Program-made: the position numbers and the translations under genes | Assembly: GCA_041677685.1 (NCBI GenBank) | Contig: JBAYPN010000019.1 | Location: 1 to 13,702 of the forward strand | From: an archaeon | Lineage (GTDB): Archaea; Iainarchaeota; Iainarchaeia; Iainarchaeales; CSSED10-239 | Direction: 5' to 3' | DNA length: 13,702 bases | Notes under the pieces: model-generated | Database searches by the model: none | Told to the model about the DNA's origin: nothing | What the model saw: the letters and a program-made list of their open reading frames with translations, nothing else | In this document: one piece after another, positions 7,256 through 13,674 of the stretch | How positions within the stretch are numbered: the first letter of the stretch is position 1 | Layout of the letters: each line of letters begins with the position of its first letter

Positions 7256-7678
7256 ATGGCAGAATATTTGGTTAAAGATTCCTTAAATGATTTTAAAAAC
7301 ATCAATAAGATTTATACAGATTGTCAAGACCTACATATAACTAAGGCTTTTTCTGAAAAGACTTTTTTAAGAATCTATAAAAAATGTACTAAATTAAAAC
7401 TTATAACTGTCTCTAAATCTACAAAAGAAAGATTAAGTAATGACACTAAAAAATTAATTTTAAAAAAAAGAATTAAATTGTATGTTAAAAATGAACAAGG
7501 CAGACCAATAAACATCTCTTTATCTAAACTAAATAAGATTTTGGAAATGTACAAAGACTATTCTTACAGGGACTTAGAGGAAAAGCTAAAGATTCCAAAA
7601 TCAACCATACATTATCTGATTAAGAAATCAAAAAAGAAAAAGCTAAAAGATGGGGATAAAATTATTTACTTAAAATGA
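7256..7678 (+). CDS. Small basic hypothetical protein with a C-terminal resolvase/Hin-like helix-turn-helix
   Basis: This is the only plus-strand gene. The C-terminal EQGRPINISLSKLNKILEMYKDYSYRDLEEKLKIPKSTIHYLIKK follows the GRP-x(n)-...S.r.ia..lgis.sTvyr.lk pattern of HTH_7-type domains. The N-terminal ~85 aa has no serine-recombinase catalytic motif and no family I recognise with confidence. There is no SD. A TATA-like GTATATT lies ~26 nt upstream of the ATG, which is compatible with a leaderless mRNA. Confidence 0.5.
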   Translation: MAEYLVKDSLNDFKNINKIYTDCQDLHITKAFSEKTFLRIYKKCTKLKLITVSKSTKERLSNDTKKLILKKRIKLYVKNEQGRPINISLSKLNKILEMYKDYSYRDLEEKLKIPKSTIHYLIKKSKKKKLKDGDKIIYLK

Positions 7679-7680
7679 CC

Positions 7681-7691
7681 TTTTTATTTTT
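7681..7691 (+). terminator. Oligo-T tract (T5AT5) 2 nt after the stop of the plus-strand gene
   Basis: The sequence reads TGA cc tttttattttt. This is the archaeal oligo-T terminator type. Confidence 0.4.
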
Positions 7692-7730
7692 GTAGTTTTA
7701 GAATTTGCAATTTTTTTAGTGTCAAATTTT

Positions 7731-7796
7731 TTTTAATTTATAATTTTCTTTAGTATCAATTTATTTTAATTTATAATTTTCTTTAGTATCAATTTA
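7731..7796. repeat. Two perfect head-to-tail copies of a 33-bp unit (ttttaatttataattttctttagtatcaattta), with degenerate partial copies on both sides (about 7711-7847)
   Basis: Read directly: 7731-7763 and 7764-7796 are identical. 7797-7847 restarts the unit (ttttaatttt...) and ends with atatcaatttatttta. 7714-7730 (tttagtgtcaaatttt) resembles the unit's tttagtatcaattta core. The array sits between convergent gene ends. Confidence 0.9.
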
Positions 7797-7870
7797 TTTT
7801 AATTTTAAATTTATAATCTATAATTATATTTAATATCAATTTATTTTAAGATAGAAAAGACAAGTGTTTT

Positions 7871-7882
7871 AAAAAAAGAAAA
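7871..7882 (-). terminator. Oligo-T tract (T4CT7 on the minus strand) 7 nt downstream of the stop of the 162-aa gene
   Basis: The minus strand after TAG (7889-7891) reads aaattaTTTTCTTTTTTTaaaac. Confidence 0.4.
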
Positions 7883-7888
7883 TAATTT

Positions 7889-8377
7889 CTAAATAATGTT
7901 TGCATCTTTGTTAACACATCTGTAATTTACACAATCTAATTGAGGGTTTTTATTTTCATCACATCTTTTTACTGGAAAATCATCAATTACAAGCACATGT
8001 GGTTTCTTGAAAGGACGTGTGATAATGTGTGTTACTTTTGAAACAAAATATCTCCTTTTACTATAGTCATGTGAAATCATATAAAAGTTATTTAGATTAT
8101 ACACCTTATTTTTATAAATATTAAAATTACAAGAATTATAGTCTGAAAGATTATCATAGTTTTTAAACAGACTAGGATTGTCTGTGTTTAGCAGATGTAT
8201 GTTGGTGTTTATTGTCTCACATTCGTTAACAGTCAGGCAATAACTTAAATTATATAACTCAGTGTTTAATTTTTTTTCAAAATAAGATTGGTAACTTAAT
8301 TTCATAACAAAGAAAATAATAAGTGCAACAATTAAAATTAAGAAAGGAATTAATATAAAAAAATAAATTTTCTTCAT
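7889..8377 (-). CDS. Hypothetical small membrane-anchored or secreted Cys-rich protein
   Basis: The N-terminal MKKIYFFILIPFLILIVALIIFFVMK is a signal anchor or TM helix. The remaining ~135 aa is N/Y/K-rich with 6 cysteines (YCLTVNEC, SCNF, KRCDEN, LDCVNYRC). I recognise no family. It lies 115 nt downstream of prefoldin beta on the same strand. Confidence 0.55.
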   Translation of the reverse strand: MKKIYFFILIPFLILIVALIIFFVMKLSYQSYFEKKLNTELYNLSYCLTVNECETINTNIHLLNTDNPSLFKNYDNLSDYNSCNFNIYKNKVYNLNNFYMISHDYSKRRYFVSKVTHIITRPFKKPHVLVIDDFPVKRCDENKNPQLDCVNYRCVNKDANII

Positions 8378-8492
8378 AAACTTTTCCTTTCAACTTTTTA
8401 ATTTAAAATTGTTTTTTAAGAATTGTTTTTTAAAATTAATGCCCTTTTATAATAATTTTAAATATTAAACTTCAAATCTTAAAAATTTAATC

Positions 8493-8855
8493 TTATGCAA
8501 TTCCTTCTGAGCTATTTGTTGGCACCTTTTCTTCAGAATCAACAGTTTTTTTAGAAACTTTACTTAACTCATTAAGCTTTGTGATAATGTCTGTTTCTTG
8601 TTTTTCAACAGTTTTAAGTTTTAGGTTTACTGTCTCTAGATTGTTTTTTGTGCTTTTAATAACTCCCTCTTTGTCAGTCATAATAAGTACATTTCCTACA
8701 CCCTTATAAACTTTTTTCTCTTTTGTAGCTTCTAGTTCTTTTATGGTTGATTCAAAGATGTTTTTTTGAAGTTGTAATTGTTGTTTCTGTTGAGAAACAT
8801 ACATTAGTTGTTGTCTATAATTATTCATCATATTTGTATTTTTATTTTCGCTCAT
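8493..8855 (-). CDS. pfdB: Prefoldin beta subunit
   Basis: Coiled coil, beta hairpin, coiled coil layout: QQLMYVSQQKQQLQLQKNIFESTIKELE...KVYKGVGNVLIMTDKEGV...LETVNLKLKTVEKQETDIITKLNEL. This is the conserved last position of the superoperon. SD is GAGGTGG-N4-ATG, and the ATGA overlaps the Pcc1 stop. Confidence 0.85.
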   Translation of the reverse strand: MSENKNTNMMNNYRQQLMYVSQQKQQLQLQKNIFESTIKELEATKEKKVYKGVGNVLIMTDKEGVIKSTKNNLETVNLKLKTVEKQETDIITKLNELSKVSKKTVDSEEKVPTNSSEGIA

Positions 8856-9097
8856 AATTCCACCTCATAAATTTTGAAAATTAATTCAAGTATACTAATT
8901 ATCATGTTATTCGTTGCCTTTAAAGCAATTATGTCTTTTGCATAGATTTTAATAACAATTAAATTGTTTTCAATAATTACTTCTGCTTTTGATCTCTTAT
9001 ATTCCTTTCTTTTCAATTCCAAGTCAAGTAATTTTTTTAGTTGTTCACAATTTTTTGACTTTATTACAATTTCAGAAGAGATTACAGCATCAATCAC
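8852..9097 (-). CDS. pcc1: KEOPS complex subunit Pcc1-like
   Basis: 81 aa. The size, position (between Brix and prefoldin beta) and C-terminal pattern DIIALKATNNMIISILELIFKI (compare d..alRa.lNs.lrwl.v) fit Pcc1/CTAG. It has a GTG start overlapping the Brix stop (GTGA), preceded by GTGAC-N5. Confidence 0.6.
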   Translation of the reverse strand: MIDAVISSEIVIKSKNCEQLKKLLDLELKRKEYKRSKAEVIIENNLIVIKIYAKDIIALKATNNMIISILELIFKIYEVEL

Positions 9098-9591
9098 TTT
9101 TTGTCACAATTTAATAGTTCTAACTTAAAGCCTAAATAATTACCATCTAATCTAAATTCAAAAATGTTTTCTAGATCTTCTTGCTCAAGTTTATTTTTGC
9201 AAAAAAATAAACCATAATGTTTATCTTTGGATTTATATTTATCTTCTAGAAAATAAAAAATCTTTGTTTGATCAAAAAAAGAAAACTTATTTTCTTCAAT
9301 TTTTTTAAAAGGTATAAGATGTCTTAGGTCAATAACTTTAAAAATATATTCCTTGTCTACCAAATATCCATCTTTTGTAAACTTATAAATTCTTAATAGA
9401 AAATCTAAGTTTTTAGTAAAGCAGACAATAAAGTAAGTAACTCCAAAATATTCTAGCTTTTTAAAGATATTATTAAGATTTGTGTTTCCTCTAGGAATAT
9501 ATTTTAAATCAGGTAAAAACTTTATTAAATATTTTACAAACCTTTTACTAATTATTGTTGATTTTCTTGAGCAAGTAATATACACACTCAT
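9094..9591 (-). CDS. Brix-domain (Imp4-like) ribosome biogenesis protein
   Basis: The N-terminus VYITCSRKSTIISKRFVKYLIKFLPDLKYIPRGNTNLNNIFKKLEYFG matches the archaeal Brix pattern (iiTTSRkPs.rtrsF.kdL...iP.s.y..RGk.sl.el...a...g). About 165 aa, in the conserved position after rpoP. Confidence 0.75.
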   Translation of the reverse strand: MSVYITCSRKSTIISKRFVKYLIKFLPDLKYIPRGNTNLNNIFKKLEYFGVTYFIVCFTKNLDFLLRIYKFTKDGYLVDKEYIFKVIDLRHLIPFKKIEENKFSFFDQTKIFYFLEDKYKSKDKHYGLFFCKNKLEQEDLENIFEFRLDGNYLGFKLELLNCDKK

Positions 9592-9594
9592 AAT

Positions 9595-9723
9595 CTATAT
9601 TGCCTTAACTTTCTTTAAAACCGGCTCTCTTTTTTTATAGAATATTCTAGATCCGCACTCCCTACATTTATCATTTTCAGGAATCTGATCATAAAGGATT
9701 TTACATCTTGAACAAACATACAT
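9595..9723 (-). CDS. rpoP: DNA-directed RNA polymerase subunit P (Rpo12/RpoP)
   Basis: Not in the ORF track because it is too short. My hand translation gives (MNVIN)MYVCSRCKILYDQIPENDKCRECGSRIFYKKREPVLKKVKAI*, with a CxxC-x15-CxxC zinc ribbon and an RPxx.kV.A-like tail typical of RpoP. The ATG at 9721-9723 is preceded by GTGAT-N4, the same RBS as neighbouring genes. An upstream ATG at 9736-9738 would add 5 codons but has no RBS. The stop TAG is at 9595-9597, 3 nt before the Brix ATG. Confidence 0.85.
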   Translation of the reverse strand: MYVCSRCKILYDQIPENDKCRECGSRIFYKKREPVLKKVKAI

Positions 9724-9779
9724 ATTTATCACATTCATTTTTTAATTTTTTTGAAAATTTCTTTTTTAAATTTAAATAA

Positions 9780-9800
9780 ATTTGTTTAAAAAAAACAAAT
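9780..9800 (-). terminator. 8-bp AT-rich hairpin containing a T8 tract, immediately after the eL43 stop
   Basis: The minus strand reads TAG ATTTGTTT-TTTTT-AAACAAAT. The stem ATTTGTTT/AAACAAAT and the loop together form an uninterrupted T8 run. It could be an intra-operon terminator, attenuator or processing site ahead of rpoP. Confidence 0.3.
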
Positions 9801-10022
9801 CTATTTTTGATCTAACTTATATGCAGCACCTGAAATTGAAGTCTCACATTTACTGCATTTAAAGATACCTTTTGCCTGTCTTTTAATTGTTCCTTTATAA
9901 CCACAATTTGGACAAACATAACTTTTTTTATCAGTCTTTACAGCAAGAAGAAATTTTTGTCTAATTCCTCTTCCCCCTCTAACACCGTGTTTTCCAGTTA
10001 CTTTAACTTTCTTAGTTGTCAT
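9801..10022 (-). CDS. rpl37ae: 50S ribosomal protein eL43 (L37Ae)
   Basis: TKKVKVTGKHGVRGGRGIRQ...YVCPNCGYKGTIKRQAKGIFKCSKCETSISGAAYKL carries the canonical eL43 C4 zinc ribbon. RBS is GTGAT-N5-ATG. Confidence 0.95.
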   Translation of the reverse strand: MTTKKVKVTGKHGVRGGRGIRQKFLLAVKTDKKSYVCPNCGYKGTIKRQAKGIFKCSKCETSISGAAYKLDQK

Positions 10023-10037
10023 TTTAAATCACATTTT

Positions 10038-10847
10038 TTATTTTCTTGAGTCTAAAATTATTTTAGAAAATTCTGCATATTTACCAACAGCAGTGTCTAT
10101 CATAAAATTAATTTCTTCTTCACTAAATACTCCACCTTTAGTTTTATGACAAGAGGTTACAGTATCTCCAACAATTCCTAAACTAAATCTTGCTGAAGAA
10201 GCTAATTCCTCAACCTGATTTGAATCAAGAATTATCTTGTCTGCAACTTTATCAAAAGTAATTGATACTGGTATGTTTTTTAAATTCATACTAATATCTT
10301 TATCTGTGTATTCCTTTAAGATAATATTATAATTCTCATCTAACTTTGGAATTTTTGCATTCATCAAGGCAGTAATTGCTGCAAGTTGTGTAGCGTCTAT
10401 CAAGTTACCATCAGCATTAACTGCAATACAATCAATAAAAGCTATAAAGACTTTTTCACCAGGAACAATTGCAAGATCCTCAAAATTGATAATGTTTGCA
10501 TGTCTAATTGCTCTGTCAGCCACTCTTCCAAACTCCACAGCATCAATTTGTGGTGGTCCTGTGATAAAATTTGGAGAGGACAGTCCTGAAAGTTCTAGAT
10601 TTAAAGACATACTTCCTTTGTCAGGGGAGTCAGGATAAGGAGTTCCAACTACAAACTTTATTCCTGCAATTATCTCTGTATTTCCTAACTTTACCCAGGA
10701 AGAACCATCTGCTGATGGTAAAAAACCTGTCTTTATTTCTAAGTTTCTATATTCTAAAAGATCTCTTCCATCTTTTCTTTTTCCTAATTTTATTGATTCT
10801 AAAATTTCTTTAGAATTTACTAAATCCACTGAATTTATACTACTCAT
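10038..10847 (-). CDS. rrp42: Exosome complex subunit Rrp42 (RNase PH-like, non-catalytic)
   Basis: GKRKDGRDLLEYRNLEIKTGFLPSADGSSWVKLGNTEIIAGIK is the RNase PH domain N-terminal signature, and the gene follows rrp41. The track start at 10859 (MVILM...) overlaps a GGTGAT RBS. The minus strand reads ATGGTGATATTAATGAGTAG, so the second ATG (10845-10847, MSSINSV...) is the likely start, overlapping the rrp41 stop by 8 nt. Confidence 0.9.
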   Translation of the reverse strand: MSSINSVDLVNSKEILESIKLGKRKDGRDLLEYRNLEIKTGFLPSADGSSWVKLGNTEIIAGIKFVVGTPYPDSPDKGSMSLNLELSGLSSPNFITGPPQIDAVEFGRVADRAIRHANIINFEDLAIVPGEKVFIAFIDCIAVNADGNLIDATQLAAITALMNAKIPKLDENYNIILKEYTDKDISMNLKNIPVSITFDKVADKIILDSNQVEELASSARFSLGIVGDTVTSCHKTKGGVFSEEEINFMIDTAVGKYAEFSKIILDSRK

Positions 10848-11544
10848 TAATATCACCATCTACAGGGTATTTTTTTAAAAGTGCATTTTTTTGAAAATCA
10901 TAAACTTTTTCTGCACCTTTCAACCCAATTGAAATCATTTTTTTCCAATCTTCTTTTTTAACAAAACCATCCATCTGCAAAAGCACAATTTCCTTTTGAG
11001 GCATCAAAACCCCAATTGCTGTGTCAACTGCATCTTCTGCATCTTCTTCCTCTTTTGTTAAGTCTAAGATAAATTCTCCATTTGCTCTTCCTGAAGCAAC
11101 AGCACTTACAATTCCGTTCATTGGAAGACCTGCATCAGCACAAGCAAGAGATGCAGCTGTTATTGCTGCTGCTCTAGTTCCTGCATTTGAGGAAAGAATA
11201 ACTGTGTCAATATCAATTACTGTGTTTGGAAATTTTTCAACCTGAATTGCAGATTCTAAAGAAAATCCAGAAACTAAAGAAATTTCTTTATCTCTTTTTG
11301 CAGGGACAGGAGATTTTCTTTCTCCAACTGAAAAGGGAGCCATTCTATATCTATAGTCAACAACTGCTTTTTCAGAGTTTGCTAAGTGCTTTGGAAAAAT
11401 TGGTCTTGGACCATGAACAGTTGCAATAACTGTGTTATTTCCCCATTCTAAATAACAAGAACCATCTGCACTTTTAACTACACCTAACTCTACTTTCATA
11501 GGTCTAAGTTCATCATTTTTTCTACCATCTAATCTTTTTGTCAT
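10840..11544 (-). CDS. rrp41: Exosome complex catalytic subunit Rrp41 (RNase PH-like phosphorolytic exoribonuclease)
   Basis: RLDGRKNDELRPMKVELGVVKSADGSCYLEWGNNTVIATVHGP, SSNAGTRAAAITAASLACADAGLPM and the acidic LDLTKEEEDAEDAVDTAIGV segment fit Rrp41. RBS is GTGAT-N5-ATG, with the rrp4 TGA stop embedded in it. Confidence 0.93.
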   Translation of the reverse strand: MTKRLDGRKNDELRPMKVELGVVKSADGSCYLEWGNNTVIATVHGPRPIFPKHLANSEKAVVDYRYRMAPFSVGERKSPVPAKRDKEISLVSGFSLESAIQVEKFPNTVIDIDTVILSSNAGTRAAAITAASLACADAGLPMNGIVSAVASGRANGEFILDLTKEEEDAEDAVDTAIGVLMPQKEIVLLQMDGFVKKEDWKKMISIGLKGAEKVYDFQKNALLKKYPVDGDINE

Positions 11545-11550
11545 AATTTA

Positions 11551-12171
11551 TCACTTTGTTTTATTTTTTTCTAAGAATTCTTTTACACTATTTGTTAAAT
11601 TTGATTTTTGTGAGTTTTTAACAACTAAATCTAAAGCTCTAACTAATAGTTTTGGGTTTTTTGAAGAAAACCAAATCCATCCATTTTTACCAACCACAAT
11701 ATTTGATTGTGTGTTTTCTTTTAGAATATTTAACATAGATTCATTTTTACCAATAATTCTTGGAACCTTTACACAGGATGTGCTGTAGATTGTCCCAACA
11801 GGCAAAATATTTATGTTATCTAACTCTATAGAATCATTGTCAGAAATGTTTGCAATTCTTGCAAAAATTACTGTTCCAACATCTAACTTTCTTCTAAGTG
11901 TTGATTTTGGTAAGTAAGTGTCTGTTGGAGAATTAAATTCTAGAACATAACCAGTTGCAGCTTCTTGTTTAACAACACAGATTAAGCCATCTCCTGCACT
12001 TGGTGTATAAGCACCATTTAGAGCAATAACAGAAATATATTCTGGACTTTCTGAAAGAATTCCAATTACAGAGCTATATATTTTGTTATTGTTAATGTAC
12101 ACATTTGAGCCTAGTTTTTTAATTTCAGAAGTTAAAAAATCTCCTGGCACAACTATTTTTTTTTCATTCAT
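11551..12171 (-). CDS. rrp4: Exosome complex RNA-binding cap subunit Rrp4 (N-terminal domain, S1, KH)
   Basis: IVVPGDFL at the N-terminus, an S1-like core (YTPSAGDGLICVVKQEAATGYVLEFNSP) and a KH segment (VPRIIGKNESMLNILKENTQSNIVVGKNGWIWF). At 206 aa it is short for Rrp4. RBS is GTGAT-N5-ATG. Confidence 0.88.
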   Translation of the reverse strand: MNEKKIVVPGDFLTSEIKKLGSNVYINNNKIYSSVIGILSESPEYISVIALNGAYTPSAGDGLICVVKQEAATGYVLEFNSPTDTYLPKSTLRRKLDVGTVIFARIANISDNDSIELDNINILPVGTIYSTSCVKVPRIIGKNESMLNILKENTQSNIVVGKNGWIWFSSKNPKLLVRALDLVVKNSQKSNLTNSVKEFLEKNKTK

Positions 12172-12195
12172 ATTTTATCACTTTTTTAATTTAAA

Positions 12196-12888
12196 TTATT
12201 CTTCAGTTTTAATGACAACATTGCCATGAGTAACGTTATTAATCTCAGAAACCAATTGATTTTTCATTCCTGAAGGAATCTTTATCTTTGCAACAAGTCC
12301 TCCTGAAGCTAACCATTTTTGATCAACAATCTCATATTTATAGATTACTGATGAAGCTTTTCCTGCATATGTACCAGGAATCTCAATAGCCACAACAATT
12401 TTATCTAAAGAGATTGGCATGATTTTTGTTAAAGCTTTTAAGATTTCTGCAATTTCTCTGTCTCTTGGAACATTTAAATTTATTTTTATCTTTAATTCTT
12501 CAAAGGCATTAATAAATCTTTGTTCAGGAATTGGTGTTTTGTTTTTTGGATCATGTGCATTTTTTGTAAAAAAAGAAATTATATCATTTCTTCTTTTCTC
12601 AACCATCTCTTGTCTTTGAGCAGTTGTTAATTGCACATCTCCTGACAAAATTATTTCTTTTGCAATTGTTGTAAAGTCTTCTGTTTCAAAGACAGTTTTT
12701 AGAACTTCTTTTGAAGCCTCATCTCCTTTCTTTGCATCAGAGTAGATTGCTTCATAAGCTATAATATCATCAAAATTAACTTCCTTTCCGTGTTTAAAGT
12801 CCCAGGCTAGGTAAGGTTCAACGTATATTTCAAAATTATGATCATCTCTTCTTAATTTAGCAAGAACTGCATCTTCTAATTTCACCAT
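12196..12888 (-). CDS. sdo1: Ribosome maturation protein SBDS (Shwachman-Bodian-Diamond family)
   Basis: AKLRRDDHNFEIYVEPYLAWDFKHG...IYSDAKKGDEASKEVLKTVFETEDFTTIAKEIILSGDVQLTTAQRQEM is the FYSH domain plus central helical domain. RBS is GGGGAG-N6-ATG. It sits in the conserved position between psmA and rrp4. Confidence 0.92.
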   Translation of the reverse strand: MVKLEDAVLAKLRRDDHNFEIYVEPYLAWDFKHGKEVNFDDIIAYEAIYSDAKKGDEASKEVLKTVFETEDFTTIAKEIILSGDVQLTTAQRQEMVEKRRNDIISFFTKNAHDPKNKTPIPEQRFINAFEELKIKINLNVPRDREIAEILKALTKIMPISLDKIVVAIEIPGTYAGKASSVIYKYEIVDQKWLASGGLVAKIKIPSGMKNQLVSEINNVTHGNVVIKTEE

Positions 12889-12951
12889 ATAATTCTCCCC
12901 TTTTCTTTTTTGTTTATTTTTTTCTTTCTATTTTTTAATTTCTTATTTACT

Positions 12952-13674
12952 TTATAAATATTTATTATATTTTTCAATAGGCACAGATATATTATTTTCT
13001 GAATCTGTGACATTAATTACTTCTAAGTTTTTTGAATTTAGTTTTTGTTTAGGTTCTAGGTTTAAAGATATTGTTTTAATTGCTAACCTTAAAGCATCAT
13101 CAAAGGACATGTTTTCTTTGTAATTTTTTTCTAAATGAGTTAGTAGTTTTTGTCTATTTTGTCCAATTGCAACTGCTTTATATTCTGTTGTAGCTCCACT
13201 TGGTTCAATTTCAAAGATATGTTTTCCTAAAGAATCTATACCTACTGTTATTAAGGAAACTCCAAATGGTCTAGCTCCACCATATTGTGTATAGTATTGT
13301 ACAATGTTTGCTACTTTTTTTACTAAGGTTTCAATTTCTATTGGGTCATCATAGTAGGTTTTATTCTCTTGCGCAATTTGTCTTGCAAAGTCAACAAGTC
13401 TTCTACCATCTCCAATCAATCCAGAGCAAGCAACCCAGGCATGTTTATCAATTTTAAATATTTTTTCTACAGATTCAGGTAGTATTAGTGGAGAAAATAT
13501 TTTTTTATCAGCAATAAGTACAATTCCTTCTTTATAGGTAATTGCTACTGCTGGGCTTCCCTTTTCTATAATTTTGGAAGCATAATCCACTTGGTAAAGA
13601 TGTCCTTCTGGACTAAAAACTGTTATTGACCTATCATAGGCTTGTGCCATGTTACTATTTGAAGCTGTAAACAA
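12952..13674 (-). CDS. psmA: Proteasome alpha subunit
   Basis: YDRSITVFSPEGHLYQVDYA is the alpha-subunit signature. The track start is a TTG at 13672-13674, and it is well placed behind GGTGA-N6, so I keep it. The first ATG (13648-13650, MAQAYDRS...) is an alternative start. Confidence 0.92.
   Translation of the reverse strand: MFTASNSNMAQAYDRSITVFSPEGHLYQVDYASKIIEKGSPAVAITYKEGIVLIADKKIFSPLILPESVEKIFKIDKHAWVACSGLIGDGRRLVDFARQIAQENKTYYDDPIEIETLVKKVANIVQYYTQYGGARPFGVSLITVGIDSLGKHIFEIEPSGATTEYKAVAIGQNRQKLLTHLEKNYKENMSFDDALRLAIKTISLNLEPKQKLNSKNLEVINVTDSENNISVPIEKYNKYL

Noticed and set aside
7711-7847. Possible CRISPR array
   Set aside because: The 33-bp units are directly adjacent with no unique spacers, there are only two perfect copies, and there are no cas genes or leader. 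This is a tandem repeat and not a CRISPR.
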